From positions 1 to 51,301 of the forward strand of contig JAGBTH010000029.1 of NCBI GenBank assembly GCA_017631385.1: DNA of 51,301 bases, given 5' to 3'. Each line of letters opens with the position of its first letter. The stretch's first letter is position 1. Origin of the DNA: Kiritimatiellia bacterium (GTDB lineage Bacteria > Verrucomicrobiota > Kiritimatiellia > RFP12 > UBA1067). Positions 9,330-16,355 of this stretch are shown here, one piece after another. Below the pieces are notes generated by a model that made no database searches, was not told the DNA's origin, and saw nothing but the letters and a program-made list of their open reading frames with translations. The translations under genes and the position numbers were made by a program.

Positions 9330-10109
9330 ATGAAAACACTTATTGCGTTTTTGACAGCTTCTATGGTTACTGTCGTTTTCGCGGCAGAAGATGTCAAAGC
9401 CGAAAAGAACCAGGAAGCCAAAAAGCCAAGCATAGCACAGCGCGTAGGAGGATTTTTGATCGACTACAAGGCAGCCAGGGGCAAATACATGTTCATCAAC
9501 TGCCAGGACAAGCTCGATATGAAATTGATCAACGGTTTGGCTGTTGGACTCAAAAACGATTATTCGTGGCTTTTCGAGTGTGTTGACGGCGAAAAGTCGG
9601 TCCGTACAATCAAGGAGGTCGTGGCTCTGAAAGCGAAGCATGGCGCACTCGCAGCGACAGCGTTCGTATATTGTGACGATTTGCCTTTTGCACTTACCGT
9701 ACCAGAAGCAAATCTGTCGATTGTAAACGTAAAAGAGCTTATGGCTGACAATCCAAAGGCGATTTTGCTTGAAAACCGTCTGGTAAGAGCAACCTTGCGA
9801 GCTTTTGCCTTTTCTCTCGGAGCCGGCTATACGACTTTTGAAGCGGGAGTAATGCAACCTATCGCATCTGTGGCAGATCTCGACAGATTTTCTTCGAATT
9901 TCATTCCTCCGGACACAGCAAATGCCGCGCTTCAAAATGGAGGCAAAATCGGTTTCAAGCCATATCGCAGAACTACTTACAAGAGAGCATGCAAAGAAGG
10001 ATGGGCACCCGCGCCTACGAACGAGTTTCAAAAGGCAGTTTGGGATAAGGTACACGCTACGCCCAAAAATCCTTTGAAGATTGAATTTGACCCTAAGAAA
10101 GGTCGATGA
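9330..10109 (+). CDS. Secreted protein of unknown function (cassette 1 gene 4)
   Basis: AAAGGAG RBS and signal peptide MKTLIAFLTASMVTVVFAAE. The C-terminus EGWAPAPTNEFQKAVWDKVHATPKNPLKIEFDPKKGR is nearly the same in the paralog 13374..14225. Confidence 0.75.
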   Translation: MKTLIAFLTASMVTVVFAAEDVKAEKNQEAKKPSIAQRVGGFLIDYKAARGKYMFINCQDKLDMKLINGLAVGLKNDYSWLFECVDGEKSVRTIKEVVALKAKHGALAATAFVYCDDLPFALTVPEANLSIVNVKELMADNPKAILLENRLVRATLRAFAFSLGAGYTTFEAGVMQPIASVADLDRFSSNFIPPDTANAALQNGGKIGFKPYRRTTYKRACKEGWAPAPTNEFQKAVWDKVHATPKNPLKIEFDPKKGR

Positions 10110-10897
10110 AATATACATACGCATATAAGACCTCTGATGGGGTGCGGCATGAAGAAACAATGAATGCCGCATCTCGCGAAGAGGTTTTTACTGCGCTTCG
10201 AGCTAAGGGCATAAAGGCGATTAAGGTTGTCGCCGCTGACGGATCTAAAGCTAATGGTGAGATACGCGGCATCCGTAAACGAGTAGTTGCGGCGATTGTA
10301 ATTGCCGTTGCAGCTGCTGTTGGTGCTATAGCGTATTTCGGCGGCTCACGCTCCAAAACTAATAGCATTTCAAGCACAACCTCTAACGAAAATTCCAATG
10401 CTATTGCAGTCATCGAGACTCCATCTCAAGACAATACGAGACGACAGGTTATTGGTGATGTCGCTATAATCGAAAAAGGCATCCGCAACGGATGGAGCGA
10501 CGTCTTTGAGCTTGAGGGCGATAGGTTTCTCGCTTCATTCGCTATACCTGGCGTTAAGGCTGGACAGCGTAATACTACCGAAAAGGAATTTGCGACAGCC
10601 CTTGAGAATAAATGCGAGATTAAGCCTAACGACTCAATCGAAGTTAAACAGATAAAAGCAATGGTCGAGGGAATGAAAGAGGAGGCTCGCCGTTACATCG
10701 CTGCCGGTGGATCAATTGTCTCTTATGGTAAAAGACTTACCGAGAGACAGGACGCGGAAATTGCCATTTATGAGAGGATAAAAACTGACCTCGAAAAGGC
10801 TCATTCATCTATGAGCGAAGATGAATACATGATTTACTGGGAAAAGCGGAATGACGAACTTAGAAATCTCGGGATTAAGACGATTGGATTGGAGTGA
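10106..10897 (+). CDS. Single-pass membrane protein with a GspF-N-like domain (cassette 1 gene 5)
   Basis: 263 aa with an ATGA overlap onto the upstream gene. MKYTYAYKTSDGVRHEETMNAASREEVFTALRAKGIKAIKV followed by a TM helix. Roughly 70-80% identical by eye to 12580..13377. Confidence 0.8.
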   Translation: MKYTYAYKTSDGVRHEETMNAASREEVFTALRAKGIKAIKVVAADGSKANGEIRGIRKRVVAAIVIAVAAAVGAIAYFGGSRSKTNSISSTTSNENSNAIAVIETPSQDNTRRQVIGDVAIIEKGIRNGWSDVFELEGDRFLASFAIPGVKAGQRNTTEKEFATALENKCEIKPNDSIEVKQIKAMVEGMKEEARRYIAAGGSIVSYGKRLTERQDAEIAIYERIKTDLEKAHSSMSEDEYMIYWEKRNDELRNLGIKTIGLE

Positions 10898-10948
10898 GGG
10901 GCGGTAGAAGGTTTTAGGTGAAGGTTAGAGGTGAAGGTGAACAGCGGA
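10884..10948 (+). repeat. Direct-repeat copy A: last codons of gene 10106..10897 plus a GGTGAAGG-type purine array
   Basis: TTGGATTGGAGTGAGGGGCGGTAGAAGGTTTTAGGTGAAGGTTAGAGGTGAAGGTGAACAGCGGA recurs with a few changes at 12048-12115, and inverted at 12534-12588. Confidence 0.85.
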
Positions 10949-10960
10949 TTTTGAGATTTT

Positions 10961-11006
10961 CCCTCTTCCCTTTTCCCACTTCCCAATTCCCTCTTCCCTC
11001 TTCCCC
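10961..11006. repeat. Orphan pyrimidine array (CCCTCTTCCC-type; complement GGGAAGAG repeats)
   Basis: ccctcttcccttttcccacttcccaattccctcttccctcttcccc. No complementary partner was found nearby. Confidence 0.8.
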
Positions 11007-11052
11007 ATTTTTTTTGGTAAAATAGAGGCGTAATTTAGGTGGTAAATAAGTT

Positions 11053-11274
11053 ATGCTCAAATCTGATAAAATTTCATTTGCTGACGTATGTGCGATGGTT
11101 GACGACTATCGTAGTATGTGCTTTTGGAATATGGCTGAAGATTTTAAGCCTAAAAATGCTGGCCATTTAAAACTTGTAGCCGAGAGATTAGAAAATTACG
11201 GCGATATGGTGGCGTACAGATTCGCAGGAAGGATTAGAGAATGGCTCTCTCAGAATTCCAATCTTCAACATTAA
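11053..11274 (+). CDS. Small partner protein of the AbiEii-like nucleotidyltransferase (putative antitoxin)
   Basis: 73-aa ORF overlapping the downstream NTase gene by 34 nt. Assigned from two-gene architecture only. Confidence 0.45.
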   Translation: MLKSDKISFADVCAMVDDYRSMCFWNMAEDFKPKNAGHLKLVAERLENYGDMVAYRFAGRIREWLSQNSNLQH

Positions 11275-12047
11275 AACTCCTTGCGAAAAATAGACGAGTC
11301 AGTGAAGGTAGTTATGTCGCTGGCGGGTTAGCTCTTAATCATAGCCTTAAAACGCCGCGCCTTTCTCGAGATATTGATATTTTTAATGATTCGATTGAGG
11401 CTATGCATACGAGCTGGCGCTTAGATCGTGAAACTCTGATTAATGAAGGCTACTCAGTAAAGGTTCTGCGTGAAATACGAACATTTATTGAAGCTGAAGT
11501 TTCTAAGGGCTCTGAACGTACTGAAATTCAATGGGGTACTGATAGTTCGTTTAGATTTTTTCCATTGTGTGAAGATGAAACTACAGGCTTTACGCTTCAT
11601 CCAATAGATTTAGCGGCTAATAAACTTTCAGCATTGGTTGGTAGGACTGAGCCTAGAGATTGGATTGATGTAATTGAGAGTGTTAAAAATCTTCAACCCT
11701 TGGTTTATCTGTTATCAGCTGCTTGTGGTAAGGATCCAGGTTTTTCGCCGGCATCTATGTTGGAGTATGCTGCAAGAAGGCGATATACACAGATTGAAAT
11801 TGATGAAAATATCATTCCATCAGGAATCTATGATGCCGCCGAACTGTGTAAATTTTGGCGCGAAGCGGTCGATCATGCTAGAGAAGAAGTGTTGTTGTTT
11901 CCTCGCGATAAAGCTGGGACATGTGTTCTTGATAAATTCGGTAATCCATTTCGCGGTGATATGACGGAACTTTGTTCGGCTATTGATTCTGGTGATGTTA
12001 TCTTTCACGAGGGCCATATTTGCGGCGCATGGCCTAGAATAATATAG
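11241..12047 (+). CDS. Nucleotidyltransferase AbiEii/AbiGii (DUF1814) family toxin-like protein
   Basis: YVAGGLALNHSLKTPRLSRDIDIFND matches the GG(T/L)AL...R.S.D(I/L)D(F/I) NTase motif of the family. 268 aa is the typical size. Confidence 0.7.
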   Translation: MALSEFQSSTLKLLAKNRRVSEGSYVAGGLALNHSLKTPRLSRDIDIFNDSIEAMHTSWRLDRETLINEGYSVKVLREIRTFIEAEVSKGSERTEIQWGTDSSFRFFPLCEDETTGFTLHPIDLAANKLSALVGRTEPRDWIDVIESVKNLQPLVYLLSAACGKDPGFSPASMLEYAARRRYTQIEIDENIIPSGIYDAAELCKFWREAVDHAREEVLLFPRDKAGTCVLDKFGNPFRGDMTELCSAIDSGDVIFHEGHICGAWPRII

Positions 12048-12115
12048 TTGGATTGGAGTGAGGGGGTAGATTGGAAGGTTTTAGGTGAAGGTAAAAGGTG
12101 AAGGTGAACAGTGGA
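12048..12115 (+). repeat. Direct-repeat copy B (includes the pseudo gene end TTGGATTGGAGTGA); its inner 38 bp (12074-12111) is the left arm of a perfect inverted repeat
   Basis: See 10884-10948. 12074-12111 (GAAGGTTTTAGGTGAAGGTAAAAGGTGAAGGTGAACAG) is the exact reverse complement of 12534-12571. Confidence 0.9.
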
Positions 12116-12159
12116 ATTGAAGATTTTTAAGAGGTGAAGGTGAAAGGTGAAGGTGAACA

Positions 12160-12564
12160 GTGGAAGATTTTGGTTATAGAAAATTAATAGTTTGGCAAAA
12201 GTCGGTTGAGCTTGTAGGCCTTGTGTATGAGGAAATTAAGAAATTTCCTTTAGATGAGCGCTTTGCATTAATAGATCAGCTTCGTAGGTCGGTGCTGTCG
12301 ATTCCTTCAAATATAGCTGAGGGCAATGGACGGATGACGAATAAGGATTACGCGCATTTTCTCGCTATTGCTAGAGGCTCATTATATGAAACTATGACGC
12401 AGCTTGAGATTGCGAAAAATCTTGGATATCTTTCAAGTATCGAGAAAATTGAGAGCGTTGCTGTAGAAATTGGACGTATGTTAGGGGCAATGCTTAAGAA
12501 ATATGGATCAATTCAAGAAAAGATACCCCACCTCTGTTCACCTTCACCTTTTACCTTCACCTAA
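12160..12564 (+). CDS. Four-helix-bundle protein, 23S rRNA intervening-sequence protein family (TIGR02436/PF05635-like)
   Basis: GTG start. YRKLIVWQKS...IDQLRRSVLSIPSNIAEGNGR...FLAIARGSLYETMTQLEIAKNLGY is the family signature. The C-terminal tail is translated from the repeat arm. Confidence 0.85.
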   Translation: MEDFGYRKLIVWQKSVELVGLVYEEIKKFPLDERFALIDQLRRSVLSIPSNIAEGNGRMTNKDYAHFLAIARGSLYETMTQLEIAKNLGYLSSIEKIESVAVEIGRMLGAMLKKYGSIQEKIPHLCSPSPFTFT

Positions 12565-12588
12565 AACCTTCTATCGCCCTTACTCCAA
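12534..12588. repeat. Right inverted arm (perfect for 38 bp, imperfect extension into the stop of gene 12580..13377)
   Basis: CTGTTCACCTTCACCTTTTACCTTCACCTAAAACCTTC... is the reverse complement of 12074-12111. Confidence 0.9.
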
Positions 12589-13377
12589 ACCTACCGTCTT
12601 AATTCCTAAATTTCTTAGCTCTTCGTTGCGACGCTCCCAGACGTCCATGAACTCGTCTTCGCCGAGGGTATCTTTAGCTTTTTCAATTTCTGACTTAATC
12701 CGTTCATAGATTGCAATCTCCGCGTCTTGGCGTTCGGTGAGGCGTTTACCGTAGTCGACGATTGTGCCGCCTGCTGCGATATATTGCCGCGCTTCGTCTT
12801 TCATACCCTCGACCATCGCCTTAATCTGCTGCGCTTCAGGGGAGTCAGTAGGATTTATCTCGCACTTTGAATTTATCGCAGCTTCAAATTCTTTAAGCGA
12901 AGTATTGCGCTGACCAGCCTTAACGCCTGGTATTGCGAATGAAGCTAAGAACCTATCACCTTCGAGTGTGAAGACGTCCGCCCAACCTGTGCGAATACCC
13001 TTAGCTACGATAGCTTCATCGCCAAATACCTGACGACGCGTTTTATCGACATTCGCCAAGTTCGCATAGGGATTACTCTCAGCCTTACCTAATGATTCTT
13101 TGGTACTCTCAGGCGCGTTGGTTGCCGCACTCTTGCTTCCGCTTAAGTAGGCTACAACTCCTACACCAAGCGCAACAAACGCCACCAGAGCCGCTACAAA
13201 GCGCTTTCTAAGGCCACGAACCTCGCCGTTAGCTTTAGAGCCGTCAGCAGCGACCACTTTAATCGCTTTTATGCCGCGTTTACGCAATTCAGCGAACACC
13301 TCTTCTCTCGAAGAGGCGTTCGTTGTGTCTTCATGACGTATTCCGTCACTCGACTTATATGCGTAAGTGTATTTCAT
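12580..13377 (-). CDS. Single-pass membrane protein with a GspF-N-like domain (cassette 2 gene 5)
   Basis: 265 aa, paralog of 10106..10897 (MKYTYAYKSSDGIRHEDTTNASSREEVFAELRKRGIKAIKV...). Confidence 0.8.
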   Translation of the reverse strand: MKYTYAYKSSDGIRHEDTTNASSREEVFAELRKRGIKAIKVVAADGSKANGEVRGLRKRFVAALVAFVALGVGVVAYLSGSKSAATNAPESTKESLGKAESNPYANLANVDKTRRQVFGDEAIVAKGIRTGWADVFTLEGDRFLASFAIPGVKAGQRNTSLKEFEAAINSKCEINPTDSPEAQQIKAMVEGMKDEARQYIAAGGTIVDYGKRLTERQDAEIAIYERIKSEIEKAKDTLGEDEFMDVWERRNEELRNLGIKTVGLE

Positions 13378-14225
13378 CGACCTTTCTTAGGATCGAATTC
13401 AATCTTCATTGGATTTTTGGGGGCGGCGCGGACTTCGTCCCAGATTGCTTTCTGGTACTCGTTCGTTGGCTGGGGCGCCCAGCCTTCCATAACAGCGAGT
13501 TTGTAGGGGATGTGACGCGCTCTTTTAACGCCGAACTTAGCCATTTGAGCATACATCTTTTGGAAGTTCATTGGCTGCATAACCTGATATACGAGCGCAT
13601 CGAGTTCCTTAAGATTATAGACAGGCTGGAGTACATCGTTCTTATAAGGCGCATAACCGATACCACCTACAAAGCCGAGCGCTCTCCAAACTTCCTTAAT
13701 AAGTCTCGTTTCAGGTGCTACGGGGTCATTACCGCCGAGATAACGCTTAGCATTGATAACAGCGATACGCTCCTCGGGCATTACGCAAAGACCAGGGCAA
13801 TCGCTCGATTCAGCGATGAGAATCACATACGCGGCATTATTAGCCTTAAGCGCGGCGAGCGCTTTGGCGTATGGCTTTTCATTCGCGTTAAGCTTAGACT
13901 TATCAATCTTAACATTCGTCTTAGATAAATCGCCGAATACTTCGGCGAAGCGATCTGCCGCGATGCCGGGCTTTTCGCGTGTATCGACTACGACAACGCT
14001 TACGCCAACTGCCGCGACATCGAGAAAGCCGCCTGTCTTTTTAAGAACAGCTGGGCGATTTTCAAGTTCAGCGCGTGTTTGCTTTTTATCAGCCTTTTTC
14101 TGGCCTTCAGCCGCCTTTAGAGCTGCTGCTTCAGCCATCTTTTTAATTTGGTCTTCTTGCGAGTTGTTAGCGAGAATGGGAGCCGTGATAAGAAGCGCGG
14201 CGATTATGGCTAGTGTTGCTTTCAT
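13374..14225 (-). CDS. Secreted protein of unknown function (cassette 2 gene 4)
   Basis: 283 aa with signal peptide MKATLAIIAALLITAPILA. C-terminus shared with 9330..10109. Confidence 0.75.
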   Translation of the reverse strand: MKATLAIIAALLITAPILANNSQEDQIKKMAEAAALKAAEGQKKADKKQTRAELENRPAVLKKTGGFLDVAAVGVSVVVVDTREKPGIAADRFAEVFGDLSKTNVKIDKSKLNANEKPYAKALAALKANNAAYVILIAESSDCPGLCVMPEERIAVINAKRYLGGNDPVAPETRLIKEVWRALGFVGGIGYAPYKNDVLQPVYNLKELDALVYQVMQPMNFQKMYAQMAKFGVKRARHIPYKLAVMEGWAPQPTNEYQKAIWDEVRAAPKNPMKIEFDPKKGR

Positions 14226-14242
14226 ATTGTGAACCTTTAATC

Positions 14243-15118
14243 TTAATTGGAGTTTTTATGAGCGTCAATAATATCATTAATGTGTTTAGGAATTTTAGCG
14301 TCGGGTAAGCCTAATTCTCTAAACTTCTGATTTAAAGTGTCGCGATAAAGCGCGGCGGATTTAGCATCACCTTTTTTTAGAAATCCAACGATATCCTTTA
14401 AGGTTGACGCGGTTAAGCCCTTTTGAATAGTAGCGGTTTGGCGCATTTCCATTACAAAATCATCAAAGCTCGCGCCAGTAGTTTCCATATAATCGAGGGC
14501 GAGTTCCTTAACTTCGGCAGCTGCTGTCTTTTTACGAATGACCTCTTCTGAATCATCAGGGTTAATTGTAACAGGTTTACGAAGCATTTTCATAACTTCA
14601 GCTTTATCTAAGCCCATAAGCATTCCAGGGATAAAGTTGCCATCTTGGAGATTCATGCCGATAAGATTCTCTTCAAAGGCGTTATCGAATACTGGCTTAG
14701 GAGTAATATCTACCCAATTACCCTCGTGATCGCATTTATAGACAGCTCCATGAGAGTGTACAGTTCTAAATTCACCAGGAGCAGGAACGGGGAAGGTCAA
14801 AACGCGACCATCGGGCGTTTGCATTGTGCCAGGCTTCTTAACAAATGGGGGCTTTTCTTTTTTAGGCGCGGCGATGGGCTTCTCGGTCTTTTTAACGAGA
14901 TGGGTCGAAGCCTTAGGCGCGGGAGTGCGCTTTTTAGGGGTGTCGGTTTGCGCAATGGGCGCGGATTCGGGCTTAGAGAGGAAGAAATAAAGCACGATGG
15001 CGCCAAATAGCGCGACAAGAGCGCAAATAGCGTATGGTAGAGCGCGCAGTTTGCGCGTCAATTTAGGTGTCTCATTTTTAGGCGAATTATTCGCTCTATC
15101 TGATCCGTTCCAGCCCAT
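14243..15118 (-). CDS. Single-pass membrane protein (cassette 2 gene 3); has the C-terminal domain of the family but lacks the GspF-N-like domain
   Basis: 291 aa with TM helix LPYAICALVALFGAIVLYFFL. ...INPDDSEEVIRKK... aligns with ...ILPEDSEDEIRRK... of 8278..9294. Confidence 0.7.
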   Translation of the reverse strand: MGWNGSDRANNSPKNETPKLTRKLRALPYAICALVALFGAIVLYFFLSKPESAPIAQTDTPKKRTPAPKASTHLVKKTEKPIAAPKKEKPPFVKKPGTMQTPDGRVLTFPVPAPGEFRTVHSHGAVYKCDHEGNWVDITPKPVFDNAFEENLIGMNLQDGNFIPGMLMGLDKAEVMKMLRKPVTINPDDSEEVIRKKTAAAEVKELALDYMETTGASFDDFVMEMRQTATIQKGLTASTLKDIVGFLKKGDAKSAALYRDTLNQKFRELGLPDAKIPKHINDIIDAHKNSN

Positions 15119-15350
15119 AAGTTTTCTTTCTCTTTATTTTTTTATGTCTCACGCGAGATGCGCCGAAGATGAGCGAAGCGAATCGGAGGGTAGATTCGGC
15201 GAAGCCGAACCCGAAGGGTGCTCAAGCATCCGCGTTCGCTTTCTTTCGCGAAGTTTTTAGTGGTGGTTAGATTTTTTTGTTTGTTGTTATTTTAACGCAG
15301 AGGCGCAGAGACGCAGAGTTTTTTAATGGATTATTTAATTTTTTCTTTTT

Positions 15351-15580
15351 TTAATTAACTCCGATGGTTGTTCAAAGGGCTTACGCTAACGCTTCAGCTA
15401 GAGCTTCGCACCTTTCAACCACATTCTGTAGACTCCATAGTGTAGTTATTAGAGCGGCCTTCGGCCGAATTATGCGACGAAGTCGCACCCTTAAAAAATT
15501 TAATCCAGCACATATATAGTCGTTAGATAGTGCGAAGCAGTGAAGCGGTAGCGAGAACCCAAACGCTCGGAGTTAATTTA
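15351..15580. other. About 230-bp long imperfect hairpin (MITE-like element or structured RNA), strand undetermined
   Basis: Outer stem AATTAACTCCGA (15353-64) / TCGGAGTTAATT (15567-78). Inner helices GCTAACGCTTCAG..GCTTCGCAC / GTGCGAAGC..TGAAGCGGTAGC. Two apical mini-hairpins (CGGCC-TTC-GGCCG and TGCGAC-GAA-GTCGCA). Confidence 0.5.
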
Positions 15581-15659
15581 ATAAAATCAAAAATCTTTAA
15601 CATTCCTTTAAAAACTTTGCGGACTTCGCGTACTTTGCGTGAGTTATTTCGGACCTCTC

Positions 15660-15699
15660 AACAAAGTTAGAAAGCCCGCCCGAATAATCGGACGGGCTT
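15660..15699 (-). terminator. Rho-independent terminator after the cassette 2 PEP-CTERM gene
   Basis: Stem aagcccgcccg / cggacgggctt with one mismatch and a 6-nt loop, followed by a T-rich stretch on the minus strand. Same position as the cassette 1 terminator. Confidence 0.6.
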
Positions 15700-15755
15700 A
15701 CCGTTTTGAATACTAATGACTAATCACTAACGACTAATCACTAATACTTAACCTA

Positions 15756-16286
15756 TTAGGCGCGGCGGCGACGGAGAGCGAGGCCAGCAACGCCGAGGAG
15801 GAGGAGAAGACCAGAGGTCGGCTCCGGAGCAACCTCGAACTGGTTAGCAGCGAGATTGGCCTGCTGGTTAGCAAAACCGAAGGTCTTACCAGTGTCATTG
15901 TTATAGAGCGTCTGAGAAGCAACAGACGTGTAAGAAGCAGTCTTACCGTCAGCAGCATACATAAGAATGAACGCCTGATAAGTGTTAGCAGCATCGCCAC
16001 CAGCAGCATCATAGGTGATGCTCTTGCCAGAGTTTGCAGCAGTTGTAGTTGCAGCACCTGTTGAGCCAACCGTTCCGCTAGCGAACTGGTAAGCAGAGAT
16101 ATCCTTACCATCCTTAGCGAGAGCAGCGATTTGAGCAACAGATTCTACGCCGTTCATACCGATAATATAAACGCCATAGTCACCACCAGCGTAGTTCTTA
16201 GCACCAGCGCAGGTCCAACCTACCGCAGCAGCGTTAGCCGCAATGCCAAGCATAACAGCAACAGCCGCAATCATGATTTTCTTCAT
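15756..16286 (-). CDS. PEP-CTERM sorting-domain secreted protein (cassette 2 gene 2)
   Basis: AAAGGAAAAA RBS, signal peptide MKKIMIAAVAVMLGIAANA, C-terminal APEPTSGLLLLLGVAGLALRRRRA. Confidence 0.85.
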   Translation of the reverse strand: MKKIMIAAVAVMLGIAANAAAVGWTCAGAKNYAGGDYGVYIIGMNGVESVAQIAALAKDGKDISAYQFASGTVGSTGAATTTAANSGKSITYDAAGGDAANTYQAFILMYAADGKTASYTSVASQTLYNNDTGKTFGFANQQANLAANQFEVAPEPTSGLLLLLGVAGLALRRRRA

Positions 16287-16355
16287 TTTTATTTTTCCTT
16301 TGTTTTTGTTTTTTAGGCACGTTACACAATGCAACGCACGTAAATTGGTTTAATA

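Noticed and set aside
9330-10109. Cassette gene 4 as an inactive archaemetzincin-like zincin
   Set aside because: There is only a loose pattern resemblance (…RL.KE..RA.GF..G.GY…) and no HExxH or Cys motifs. That is too weak to call without a profile search.
9222-10172. The 316-aa minus-strand ORF and other long antisense ORFs in the cassettes (13323..13928, 13753..14232, 14645..15010, 15734..16138)
   Set aside because: Each overlaps a sense gene that has a signal peptide or TM helix, an RBS and a conserved paralog in the other arm. The antisense ORFs are not conserved between arms.
12160-12564. The four-helix-bundle proteins as DGR accessory (Avd) proteins
   Set aside because: Avd belongs to the same broad fold family, but the window has no reverse transcriptase and no template/variable repeat pair.
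12048-12588. rRNA context for the IVS-family genes
   Set aside because: No 23S-like sequence flanks either copy. Both lie between protein-coding genes.
15351-15580. The long hairpin as a retron msr/msd or a tRNA/tmRNA
   Set aside because: There is no reverse transcriptase nearby, no cloverleaf or tRNA-like acceptor/T-arm features, and the terminal inverted repeats in AT-rich flanks look more like a MITE or a generic stem.
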